From the IMG/VR virus record IMGVR_UViG_3300045988_143165, positions 3,410 to 67,409 of that record: DNA of 64,000 nt, one strand, 5' to 3'. The position numbers and the translations under genes were made by a program. A model generated the notes under the pieces. It did no database searches, had not been told where the DNA came from, and saw only the letters and a program-made list of their open reading frames with translations. Numbering within the stretch: the stretch's first letter is position 1; every line of letters begins with the position of its first letter. Positions 18,972 to 27,476 of the stretch are shown in pieces. The stretch is from a virus.

Positions 18972-19853
18972 TTACAATTTTCTTAACACAAAGTCAGGGC
19001 TACTAAATCCTGCTGCACCCTTATGACCGCCACCACCATATTTCATAGCAAGCACTGCACAGTCAACCTTTGTGGAACGCAATGAATAATTCCAATTATC
19101 TCCATCATATGAGAATCCAATTAGAATATCGTAATCGTTTATATTATCAATGACAAAATCATCACTGCTAACCATAGCCATATTGATAGCAAAACATTTG
19201 TAATCTTCAAGAATTGCTTCAAATCCCTTATTTTCACAATACTCTGCCATCATACATTTTCTATATTCAATAATTATCTTCCCTGCTTCTATAATCTGAT
19301 TCATTTCATCTGATTCACAGAATATATTGCTCCATAAATTATCCCAGATTTTATCCTCTGGTTCGTGTGGATATAATTCAAAGCCTTTTTGAAATCTTCT
19401 TGTCTTATCTCCAAACTCAAAAGTCCAAACATCATAATCCGCAATTAACTTCGTAAACATCGGAGCTGACACAACCATTTCAGGTGTAAATCCTTTAGTT
19501 CCATCAGTAAGAAATGAAAGATAACAATAAGTAAGCATACAACCAGCAATACCGTCATACCTTAACCCTTTAACTTCTTTATCATAATTCTTATATTTTT
19601 CAATTGCTGATTTATGATGGTCAATCCAAATGACATTACTCGTAATTTCAAGTAACTTATCCATTTCTTCCGGAGAAATAGAATAATCTACAATATATAC
19701 AATTTCATTCTTTCCAATAGAGTCAAATGGGAATTCTATCCCATAATTTATTTTGATATATTCATCGGTAAAGTTGTCAGTTAATTTATTTAAGGTTTTT
19801 ACCCAATAACCCGCACATTTACCATCATTGTCTGAATGATAAAATACTTTCAT
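18972..19853 (-). CDS. DHH-family phosphoesterase (NrnA-like nanoRNase / pAp phosphatase)
   Basis: YHSDNDGKCAGY, WIDHHKSA (DHH) and a C-terminal GGGGHKGAAG (GGGH) motif. Confidence 0.6.
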   Translation of the reverse strand: MKVFYHSDNDGKCAGYWVKTLNKLTDNFTDEYIKINYGIEFPFDSIGKNEIVYIVDYSISPEEMDKLLEITSNVIWIDHHKSAIEKYKNYDKEVKGLRYDGIAGCMLTYCYLSFLTDGTKGFTPEMVVSAPMFTKLIADYDVWTFEFGDKTRRFQKGFELYPHEPEDKIWDNLWSNIFCESDEMNQIIEAGKIIIEYRKCMMAEYCENKGFEAILEDYKCFAINMAMVSSDDFVIDNINDYDILIGFSYDGDNWNYSLRSTKVDCAVLAMKYGGGGHKGAAGFSSPDFVLRKL

Positions 19854-19862
19854 AAAACACTC

Positions 19863-20153
19863 CTAACTATAATCAAATTGACCGTTTTTCCAAAAATCTT
19901 CGGAAAACAATTCATTATGTAATTCTTTAGTTTGTCCTGATTCAAAAGCAATTTTAGCCGCTTCTGTTCTATTAACAAAATGAATTGGTCTTTCATTGGT
20001 TATGAAACCCATTTCATAATTTGTTCTATCATATATAATTCCATCATTTTTCATATTTTGAAAAATTTCTGCGTGATTCCAACCAAAATAAATTCTTTCT
20101 TTATTCGGGTTATCTAATTCAAAAAACTTAATAGCTGCCCTTGCAATTTTCAT
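19863..20153 (-). CDS. hypothetical protein
   Basis: ORF. No motif recognised. Confidence 0.35.
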   Translation of the reverse strand: MKIARAAIKFFELDNPNKERIYFGWNHAEIFQNMKNDGIIYDRTNYEMGFITNERPIHFVNRTEAAKIAFESGQTKELHNELFSEDFWKNGQFDYS

Positions 20154-20158
20154 ATTAG

Positions 20159-20509
20159 TTACTCCAACGCAGTAACCGAATATTTAACTGTTCCATCATC
20201 ATAACTATTCTTTTCAATAGTAGCATTTACAGTTTCACCTACTCGGTCTTTGTATTTATCATAGGTTTCTTTTCCATCAACTCTATATTCAACATCATTG
20301 TAAGAAACTATTACTTGATAAACTGCCGGATGATGTATAAATGTATGTACTTTGCCAGAAACAAGTGGCTGAATCCAAGCACTTCTGTGGTAAGTATCAA
20401 TAACTTCAACTTGTTCTACATTTGTTTCAGTTCCAATACATTTAGCACAACCAACAAAACATAGACCAATCATTATAATAACTAAACCCATTGACATAAT
20501 CTTTTTCAT
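20159..20509 (-). CDS. lipoprotein, hypothetical
   Basis: RBS gagagga plus ATG at MKKIM with lipobox FVGC. The start lies 2 nt after the stop of the preceding gene. Confidence 0.45.
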   Translation of the reverse strand: MKKIMSMGLVIIMIGLCFVGCAKCIGTETNVEQVEVIDTYHRSAWIQPLVSGKVHTFIHHPAVYQVIVSYNDVEYRVDGKETYDKYKDRVGETVNATIEKNSYDDGTVKYSVTALE

Positions 20510-20510
20510 A

Positions 20511-21281
20511 TTAAATAATCCTCTCAATCTTATCATAGTGAAGAATAAATTTATCCATAATGGCTTGTTCATTATGATAATGACCAAAATACCACTTGGT
20601 AAATTTAAGTTCACGAGCTATTTCACCAAGATACATTGTTAAAATATCAGGTTTGTAATATCCGTGAGAAATATATGAAACAATATCTTGAGGCGCACAA
20701 TGAGTAATTACATAATCGACTTCATAATTTACCTTTTCTAATTCCCGTCTGCCTCTCTGCATTTCATAGTACGATGGAAGTTCTTTTTCCCACCAAGATA
20801 TGTGGTCAATTCTCAACATTTGCCCTGCTCTGGTTCTTGTATTATAATCCTTAACCAAATCACTCAATGTTGAATAATCTTCAATTTTTAATATACCGTC
20901 TTGAATATCGTGACTACTTGCTCCGCCAAAAGTAAAGAACTTCTTGCCTTCAAATTCAAATACATAACCTCTCATAAGATGATAGATATTGCTACGTATT
21001 CTATGAGCTTTACCGCCGTGATAATTAACAACCTTAAATTCTTTACTCAATCTATCAAAATTCTCGTGATTTCCATCAACAAATAATATCGTAAATGGTT
21101 TATCTTCAAGCCATTTTAACCAATATGTTTCTGTTTTGTCGGAATAAAGATAATTCCAAATTCCACCAAAATCACCACAAATTATCACAGAATCATCTTT
21201 AGTCATTTCCTTTTGTTCAGGAAAATTCTTTGTAGAAAATCTATTGAAATTTGCGTGAGTATCGCCTGTTATATAAATCAT
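20511..21281 (-). CDS. metallophosphoesterase (calcineurin-like)
   Basis: GDTH, GDFGG and DGNHEN motifs. Confidence 0.7.
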   Translation of the reverse strand: MIYITGDTHANFNRFSTKNFPEQKEMTKDDSVIICGDFGGIWNYLYSDKTETYWLKWLEDKPFTILFVDGNHENFDRLSKEFKVVNYHGGKAHRIRSNIYHLMRGYVFEFEGKKFFTFGGASSHDIQDGILKIEDYSTLSDLVKDYNTRTRAGQMLRIDHISWWEKELPSYYEMQRGRRELEKVNYEVDYVITHCAPQDIVSYISHGYYKPDILTMYLGEIARELKFTKWYFGHYHNEQAIMDKFILHYDKIERII

Positions 21282-21338
21282 TCCTTGCTATTACCTCATA
21301 AATTAAAGGGAGTGATATTTCACACTCCCTATGCTTAA

Positions 21339-21989
21339 TTATTCATTAACAGCAGAATTGCCGCCGAATTCTCTCATTGCACGGAGATATGCTTCTTTTT
21401 GAATTTCAATCTCTCTTTCACGATTCTTGTTGGCTTTCTTAATTCTCTTTGCTCTTGCCTTATCTGCTGCTTTCTTTTCCTTTTCTTTTACAGCCTGTTC
21501 TTCTGCTTTTGCTTTTTCTTCTGCTTTTCGGCTGTTCTCATACACTTTCAAGCAATGGTTAATAAGTTTGTTATATGCCGAACTTCCGTTTCCGTTTGTC
21601 CCCATTGAAAGCATTTTCTTTGTAATGCAAATCGAAATGCCCTGCTCCAAAGAGAAAGTATCGGCACTATCAAGCACAGCTTTTTCTTGCGAGTCATCAG
21701 CAAAACTTACAATGACAACTCTATCTTTGATAACCTGAACATCTTTGATGTGAGGAATAATTACACCAGTTGCAGTACCCGTTCCCCACATACCGTTATA
21801 AATAATACGAATGCCTTTGCTGTAATTCTTATCAATATAAGTCTTTGCGCCATCTTGAACTTTACTAAAGATAAAAATTGGATTATTGACATTTTCTGCT
21901 GATGCAATATTACATTCAATTTCACATTCAATTTCTGCAAATTTCTCATTTGAAACATTGCCTTCTGTTCTCTTTTTATATGCTGCCAT
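21339..21989 (-). CDS. hypothetical protein with a Lys/Glu-rich C-terminus
   Basis: ORF with a charged coiled-coil-like tail. Confidence 0.4.
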   Translation of the reverse strand: MAAYKKRTEGNVSNEKFAEIECEIECNIASAENVNNPIFIFSKVQDGAKTYIDKNYSKGIRIIYNGMWGTGTATGVIIPHIKDVQVIKDRVVIVSFADDSQEKAVLDSADTFSLEQGISICITKKMLSMGTNGNGSSAYNKLINHCLKVYENSRKAEEKAKAEEQAVKEKEKKAADKARAKRIKKANKNREREIEIQKEAYLRAMREFGGNSAVNE

Positions 21990-22035
21990 AATTTAATCTC
22001 CTTTTTAATAATAAAACTGTCATTTTAATAATGAT

Positions 22036-22875
22036 TTATAAGTAATCTCTCATTTTAGTAATTCCGTCTATTAACCATTGATATTTACTTGTAACATCAA
22101 CAACCTTTCCACCATAACAATAATAATGAACTATTGGTAATCTCCGATATTCAGGTGTTAATAGATTTGCATTTCTTCTTAATTTATACCAAATAGCTTT
22201 TAGAATCTTATTTTCAAAGTCAGGCTCAAATCTACTACTTTTACCATCATTTGTTTCTTTTAAGATTTCTTTACCTCTGCTTTTAGCATTAAATCCATAT
22301 AAATAACGTAATTCTTCTCTTTCTCTCACCGAATCATCAATAGATAACCAATACCAATATCCCTCAACTGATAGAAAATCACCGTCATCTGTATGTATAG
22401 GAAACTTATAAAAGTTACTTAACATTTTTCCTAAATCAGTTTTGCCTTTACTATAAATATTGATATGTGTAATTCCGTCATCTGTATCTTTTATAGAATT
22501 CATATCAATATATTCTTTTACACAATATCCATTACGATTTAACCAACCGGAAACAATATGTCTGTGGCAAAAATCTCTTGGAATTTCGTAACACACAAGG
22601 GCAATATCTTTGTTATCATTATTAGAACTAATTTTATTTAGTTCATCAATTACATTTTGTGGAGTAAGACTACTTAATACTTCATCATAAAAATGTTCAA
22701 TATAATAATCGTTATTTTTAGTTTTTTTCCACTCGGAAAAGAAACTCCATTTAGGTGCTAATTTCTTATACTCAATTCCATCCCATTTTTCGGGCGGTTT
22801 TCCAGCTATTGAAACTGGTATAATACTTTCTGGCAAATGGCGAATATTTGCAAAATATGTAGTATAAATATTCAT
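22036..22875 (-). CDS. DUF488-domain protein
   Basis: YTTYFANI...LVCYE...FCHRHIV pattern of DUF488. Confidence 0.4.
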   Translation of the reverse strand: MNIYTTYFANIRHLPESIIPVSIAGKPPEKWDGIEYKKLAPKWSFFSEWKKTKNNDYYIEHFYDEVLSSLTPQNVIDELNKISSNNDNKDIALVCYEIPRDFCHRHIVSGWLNRNGYCVKEYIDMNSIKDTDDGITHINIYSKGKTDLGKMLSNFYKFPIHTDDGDFLSVEGYWYWLSIDDSVREREELRYLYGFNAKSRGKEILKETNDGKSSRFEPDFENKILKAIWYKLRRNANLLTPEYRRLPIVHYYCYGGKVVDVTSKYQWLIDGITKMRDYL

Positions 22876-22909
22876 TGATAAATCTCCAATTATCATTTAC
22901 AATATATTA

Positions 22910-23353
22910 TCAATGATATAATTGATATTTTTTACTTATGTAATGAGCCATATCATCTTTAAGAGGACAAAACCAAATTCCAGTTAGTGTTGTTCCGTTT
23001 TCTTCTGGTGTAAGCTCGGTAAGACAAGCATCATAAATTAAACCATAATGAACATTCTCTATCAGCCCAAGTTCTTGTGCAATCTTGACCGCTTTAAGTA
23101 AATGATTTTTATTCCTTGCTTCACAAATGGTTTTTGTAAATGAACCATTTAGATATTGTTCAAATATTTCTTTATCGATTATTCCTTTAATTTCATATCC
23201 GGCATAATCATCCAAAGGTTTCGCATAATTCCTTAATCCACGAGTCCAATATGCTTCGGCACAATGAGATACTTGGGCTGCAAGTTTGCCGGGAGACATA
23301 TTCAAATCTTTTCGCATTATGAATAATCTTCTCATTAAAATAGCTCCCACCAA
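22910..23353 (-). CDS. PTH2-family peptidyl-tRNA hydrolase-like protein
   Basis: RKDLNMSPGKLAAQVSHCA matches the PTH2 signature (DLxMxxGKxxAQxxHA). Confidence 0.5.
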   Translation of the reverse strand: MVGAILMRRLFIMRKDLNMSPGKLAAQVSHCAEAYWTRGLRNYAKPLDDYAGYEIKGIIDKEIFEQYLNGSFTKTICEARNKNHLLKAVKIAQELGLIENVHYGLIYDACLTELTPEENGTTLTGIWFCPLKDDMAHYISKKYQLYH

Positions 23354-23583
23354 TAATCAAAAATTCTCTTATAATCACAATGTCTCATATCGCCTTTATA
23401 TTTGCGTGCTTTCTTGCTTGATATTTTTTTAAGATACTTTTTATATTTCCTGCCACCACAAGAATATTTTATATATCTTCTTTTTTTCTCGTCATACCAA
23501 GCACCAGCACCATATGAATTCTTGGTTTCATTATAAAGTTTTTTAAGTCTGTGATTTCTTTCCTGACTTCTGCGATAACTCAT
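23335..23583 (-). CDS. small basic protein
   Basis: ORF rich in K/R/Y. Confidence 0.3.
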   Translation of the reverse strand: MSYRRSQERNHRLKKLYNETKNSYGAGAWYDEKKRRYIKYSCGGRKYKKYLKKISSKKARKYKGDMRHCDYKRIFDYWWELF

Positions 23584-24394
23584 ATTGCCCTCCCAAGTAT
23601 ATTAAATCATTGACATACTTTCGACCATCTTCCTTAAAAATAGGAGTTTCATTATCAATAATCCATTTACTTCTCCCTGTTGTTTCATCAATCTTACGAA
23701 TACAACAACTACCTCTCTTGTATTTCGTAGGACAATTATTCCAGTTGACACCTTTTTCGAGCATAAGCATATCCTGAATATCGCTTATAGATTTTTTATC
23801 TAACTGCTTATGAGAAAAATATGCTCTACCAACCATCTGAATAGAATTTCTGGTTGCATCATTCTGTCTCCAAAGCAAATTATTGCAAACCTCATCTTTT
23901 GGAATATTAAATACACGGGCATCAAACATTGCCCCTTTATCTATTGCTCTATTAAGTACCTCAATATATTCTGATTCGGGTGGAATATCTATATCTTGAA
24001 GTTCTAAAACCGAATTTATATAATCATTGGCTCTTTTATTGAAAAATTTATTAAAAGCCATTGTTGCCATACTGGCTGCAACGCTCGCACATTTTTGGAT
24101 ATTATAATCAAACCAAGCAGAAGTATCTATATTTCTGTAATCAACAAGAACAAGAGTAATCTCATCGGATTGTGTATATCCAAGAACGCAACCCTGAATA
24201 TTCTCACAAAGATACTTCATTGTCTCCTGCATAGTTTTAGAAAGCACATCATCAAAAGGTTTTTGAAAACCTCTTGTGAATGTATGAAATGCTTTACCGT
24301 CAATTCGTATAATAACTGGGGTTCGAGTTGTCAAATAGTGTCTCGACACAAATTCATACTTTTTCATTCTTTTATCAAATGCACTGTATTTCAT
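23543..24394 (-). CDS. Thg1-like protein (tRNA-His guanylyltransferase family, 3'-5' nucleotidyltransferase)
   Basis: N-terminal KYEFVSRHYL...VIIRIDGKAFHTFT matches the Thg1 family (FEYVR...RLDGRNFH). Confidence 0.65.
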   Translation of the reverse strand: MKYSAFDKRMKKYEFVSRHYLTTRTPVIIRIDGKAFHTFTRGFQKPFDDVLSKTMQETMKYLCENIQGCVLGYTQSDEITLVLVDYRNIDTSAWFDYNIQKCASVAASMATMAFNKFFNKRANDYINSVLELQDIDIPPESEYIEVLNRAIDKGAMFDARVFNIPKDEVCNNLLWRQNDATRNSIQMVGRAYFSHKQLDKKSISDIQDMLMLEKGVNWNNCPTKYKRGSCCIRKIDETTGRSKWIIDNETPIFKEDGRKYVNDLIYLGGQYELSQKSGKKSQT

Positions 24395-24420
24395 ACTCTC
24401 ATCCTCTTTTTTGAATTATA

Positions 24421-24807
24421 TTATGCCATAGCTGATTGCTCTTTCCATTCTTCTTTTACTTGAACATAAGCATCTACTTGATTTGCATAAACCATATTGG
24501 AAGTTCCTATTAGCTGCCCGTGCTTTGTATAAACCTCGGCAGGAACTTTTGCCTTATTTTCAAGAAACTTTCTACCAAGTTCATTAAGGATATAAACACA
24601 ACCCTCTTTATCAACCAAGCCAAAATAGCGAAGTTTCTGCATATTTGCAAATTCACTATGAGTAAGACCAAGATTATCAATCTTACCTTTTCCGCCGTGG
24701 TCTCTTAATTTGAACAAAGCAGAAATAAGAACCTTATTTAGTTTGTGTTTGTATGTAGCAATTCTCTGTCCGCACATAGGACAAGTTTTTACATTAGCCA
24801 TAATCAT
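24421..24807 (-). CDS. hypothetical zinc-finger protein
   Basis: CPMCGQ motif. Confidence 0.35.
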   Translation of the reverse strand: MIMANVKTCPMCGQRIATYKHKLNKVLISALFKLRDHGGKGKIDNLGLTHSEFANMQKLRYFGLVDKEGCVYILNELGRKFLENKAKVPAEVYTKHGQLIGTSNMVYANQVDAYVQVKEEWKEQSAMA

Positions 24808-24828
24808 AACTTCTTATTATTTTTTTTG

Positions 24829-24904
24829 TGGTTGCAGGAGTGGGATTTGAACCCACGATTTTCAGCTTATGAGGCTGACGAGATAACCACTTCTCTATCC
24901 TGCA
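24829..24904 (-). tRNA. tRNA-Met (anticodon CAT)
   Basis: Full cloverleaf. Anticodon loop CTCATAA, T-loop TTCAAAT, CCA encoded. Confidence 0.8.
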
Positions 24905-24960
24905 ATATTGGCTGTTTTTGAAAGTGTCAGCCACACTTAACAACGAAATAGGATTATCTA

Positions 24961-25054
24961 TGGCTCATATAGGATTTGAACCTATGTCTCCGGCAGTGTG
25001 CCTGATTTACACTACATACCTCCGCCAGTGTCTTAACCACTTGACCAATGAACC
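24961..25054 (-). tRNA. atypical 94-nt tRNA-like gene (anticodon arm irregular or with an insertion)
   Basis: Good acceptor (GGTTCAT/ATGAGCC), D-arm (GTC-AAGTGGTTAA-GAC) and T-arm (ATAGG-TTCAAAT-CCTAT). Between D-arm and T-arm there are 39 nt with a 5-bp stem (CTGGC/GCCGG) enclosing 29 nt that include a 6-bp hairpin with a 9-nt loop. Confidence 0.4.
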
Positions 25055-25056
25055 TT

Positions 25057-25139
25057 TGGTGCTGGTGGCGAGATTTGAACTCGCACGCTTATAGCAACAG
25101 ATTTTGAGTCTGCCGTGTCTGCCATTCCACCACACCAGC
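25057..25139 (-). tRNA. tRNA-Leu (anticodon CAA), type II
   Basis: Anticodon loop CTCAAAA, long variable arm, T-arm GCGAG-TTCAAAT-CTCGC, CCA encoded. Confidence 0.75.
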
Positions 25140-25367
25140 AATTCATTTTTTTCAAAGCAGATGGAATAATCGCACTTGGATAAAAAGAAATAGCCAAATC
25201 ATTAACTAAAAATCACTAAATAAAATTTTATCTGTTTTTTTTCATCAATAATATGATATTTCTCTGCATCGCTTTTTGTTTAATAAGCCATACCATAAGC
25301 AACACCGCTTATAAATATTTCATTTATCAATTCCGCAAATTTATCTTTATTCATAATAGATTTCCAA

Positions 25368-25637
25368 TCAATTACCGACTACAATATAAAGAAACTTCTT
25401 GCCCCATTTAATCCATAAACAATCAAGTTCATTAAGAGTAAAAACAAGTTCGGGCTTATTCTTTCTAACTTCTCCGATTGATTTCACTATTCCGGCTTCT
25501 TTCATAATTGCTGGAAGAAATCTTGTATCGGTAAATAATGTCTTTTCTTTTTCATTGGTTTCCCAATCTATATCATCAAGAGCAATCAATGTTTTAGGTT
25601 CTACAATCGGACTTCCGATTATTACATTATGAAACAT
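25368..25637 (-). CDS. hypothetical protein
   Basis: ORF with RBS aaaggagagaacaaaATG. Confidence 0.35.
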   Translation of the reverse strand: MFHNVIIGSPIVEPKTLIALDDIDWETNEKEKTLFTDTRFLPAIMKEAGIVKSIGEVRKNKPELVFTLNELDCLWIKWGKKFLYIVVGN

Positions 25638-26211
25638 TTTGTTCTCTCCTTTCTAAAGTGATTTCAATACCAGTTAGCAACAGTTCAACTACTCTATGCC
25701 GAAACACTGTGAGTTGGTTTGCATAGCCACACCACATCCTCGCCTCATATTACCATTACTAACTGATATTTAGTCACCGTCATTCATTGTTCATACATTC
25801 ACTCTTGCAGTTCGTTATAAATGCACAATCATTTACTGTAATTCCTTTGAATGACTACTCATTATTCCTGCACTCTCGTATTTATAATTCCCTCACTATT
25901 GTGTTACCCCGAGTTATCGTATCGGTAGAGGGCGTAACGCCATATAAATGTCTAACAGAGAGTTTCTTTCTTCTCATTTATATAGTTGCTGTCAGAAACC
26001 ATCAGCCATAGGAGCAGTTTCCACGGAGTTCGCTAATGAGGATTTTGCGATTTGCATATGAAAGTATATTTACCCCACCTATATTCGCAGCGACAGCAAT
26101 ATTTTAATAACCAACTTTTTCATAATAGTGAGCATTGTTAAGAGGCTTTTATGCTTTTGGTATTGGTCGTGAGAGTCGGTTCTCAACCAACCTGTTGCGC
26201 CAACAGGATGT

Positions 26212-26304
26212 TGGCGGCGAGTGTAGGATTTGAACCCACGGGCGGCTCATCACCGCCGCCTGTTTTCAAGACAGGTGCAATAAGCCGGACTCTGCCAACT
26301 CGCC
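26212..26304 (-). tRNA. tRNA-Ser (anticodon TGA), type II
   Basis: Anticodon stem CCTGT/ACAGG, loop CTTGAAA, long variable arm, CCA encoded. Confidence 0.75.
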
Positions 26305-26353
26305 ATATTGCCGGTCTTTCCCGGCTGTCAATAGAGGTGAAACTTAATGAAAA

Positions 26354-26440
26354 GTGGTACTGGTAGTCGGACTCGAACCGACACGGCTTGCAGCCAACGG
26401 ATTTTAAGTCCGCTATGTCTGCCAATTCCATCATACCAGC
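26354..26440 (-). tRNA. tRNA-Leu (anticodon TAA), type II
   Basis: Anticodon loop CTTAAAA, long variable arm, T-arm GTCGG-TTCGAGT-CCGAC, CCA encoded. Confidence 0.75.
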
Positions 26441-26458
26441 ATATTAAATTTTCACTCT

Positions 26459-26536
26459 TGGCACGCCGAGCAGGACTCGAACCTGCGACCTCTTGATTCG
26501 TAGTCAAGCATTCTGTTCCAACTGAACTATCGGCGC
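26459..26536 (-). tRNA. tRNA-Arg (anticodon ACG)
   Basis: Anticodon stem CTTGA/TCAAG, loop CTACGAA, CCA encoded. Confidence 0.8.
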
Positions 26537-26774
26537 ATATGTATATGGCAAAGACCTTTATCTATCTAACTTTGCCCCTGTTAAACAGGTTTTAATCAGA
26601 CAAAAAAATACTCTTAATTTATCTTATGAAATACACAAAAACATAGAAAGGAAAGAGAGAGGTGAAAAATTCTGATTAGGTTTTGTAGTTATCGTATTTT
26701 GTTTTGCTCAATAATGTTTCTTAATGCTGGAAATTTCGGTCTCTTTGATTTTAGGGCTGCTGCCTTACCTCTTG

Positions 26775-26830
26775 GCGACTACCAACAATGTAGATAGGTG
26801 GGAATCGAACCCACGATTAGCAGCTTGATA
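26775..26830 (-). ncRNA. tRNA 3'-half-like cargo (T-arm plus 3' acceptor-like strand) inside structured-RNA unit (a)
   Basis: GTGGG-TTCGATT-CCCAC T-arm followed by CTATCTA. No matching 5' half was found downstream. Confidence 0.35.
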
Positions 26831-26969
26831 TTATGTATTTGAAGAAGGATGAAACCTTTCAGCCAGCTTATATTCAGAAATTTGAGGTTCTTATAATATA
26901 TAGATTAAAAGTCTATTCCTAATAGGTAGAAGGATGAATCTCAACAGCCGAATATTTATTTAACTTACA

Positions 26970-27035
26970 TTAGATATTATAGCACACATTTTACTATTTG
27001 TCAAGTGTTTTTCTCAATATTATTTCTAATTATTT
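26970..27035 (-). promoter_or_regulatory. consensus sigma-A-type promoter with conserved upstream element (P1)
   Basis: Minus sense: TTAGAAATAATATTGAGAAAAACAC, TTGACA, 17 nt, TATAAT. Confidence 0.55.
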
Positions 27036-27200
27036 GAAATTTATTCGATGCGGTAATTTTAACATCTAATAATACTATTGCACTACCAACTGTGCTACAT
27101 CCCATCTTCGATGGAATGGTGGGAGTCGAACCCACGACACATAGTTCCTTGATATATAGAAGGATGATGTTGGTCAGCCGCATATTTTGTATTGTGGAAA
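27030..27200 (-). ncRNA. Y-RNA-like structured RNA carrying a permuted tRNA-like module (unit c)
   Basis: Order on the minus strand: helix 1, internal loop, helix 2, AUCCUUCUA loop, ACTAT, variable GTGTC, T-arm GTGGG-TTCGACT-CCCAC, CATTCCA, loop TCGAAGA, TGGGATG, TA, D-arm GCAC-AGTTGGTA-GTGC, A, ATAGT, 7 nt, helix 2', loop, helix 1'. Acceptor-like strands pair 7/7 (one G-U) and anticodon-like strands 5/5, but the acceptor is capped by a loop. Confidence 0.55.
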
Positions 27201-27476
27201 TTTGTTTCTCTAAAATCTTAATCCCAAATCAAGTGCCTATTGGCGTAGAAGGATGAAAAACAATAGCCACATAATATTTAGAAAGAAGTGTGGGAATTTA
27301 ATGCTCTTTTTAGAAGAATTTGCAGTTCTTGATATTATGTAGAAGGATGAGCATTACAGCCACAAATTATGAATAGTGGAAATCGAACTTTCTATCTTAT
27401 CATCATTATGTAGGTGGCTTAACCACCGAAATTATTTTCTTGTAGAAGGAAGAAAGCCCATAGCCACAAAATACTT

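Larger units (their letters stand above)
26840..27476 (-). repeat. tandem array of about 6 small structured-RNA units (85-230 nt), each with the bipartite motif GGCTG-N8-TCATCCTTCTA and a covarying two-helix clamp
   Basis: Plus-strand copies of TAGAAGGATGA-N7-9-CAGCC start at about 26852, 26929, 27157, 27247, 27343 and 27445. The 11-mer is almost invariant while the flanks diverge. The two flanking helices and a 6/7-nt internal loop (CUGnnn / AAAUUn-like) are kept by compensatory changes. Confidence 0.6.

Noticed and set aside
25640-26150. Hidden ncRNA or tmRNA in the 500-nt ORF-free region upstream of 25368..25637
   Set aside because: It contains inverted repeats (for example GTTACCCC...GGGCGTAAC) but no T-arm/acceptor or other family signature. 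Most simply a long 5' UTR or promoter region. Left unannotated.
27074-27145. Functional permuted tRNA that is spliced to a mature tRNA
   Set aside because: Bacteria lack the BHB splicing endonuclease pathway used for permuted tRNAs in algae and archaea, and the anticodon-like helix opens into further helices rather than a 7-nt loop. A Y-RNA-like ncRNA or a decayed tandem duplicate is more plausible.
26840-27476. CRISPR array
   Set aside because: The repeated units are not identical direct repeats with unique spacers. Only a bipartite 5+11-nt core is conserved, spacing is 80-230 nt, and the units fold into hairpins with covarying stems. This is not CRISPR-like.
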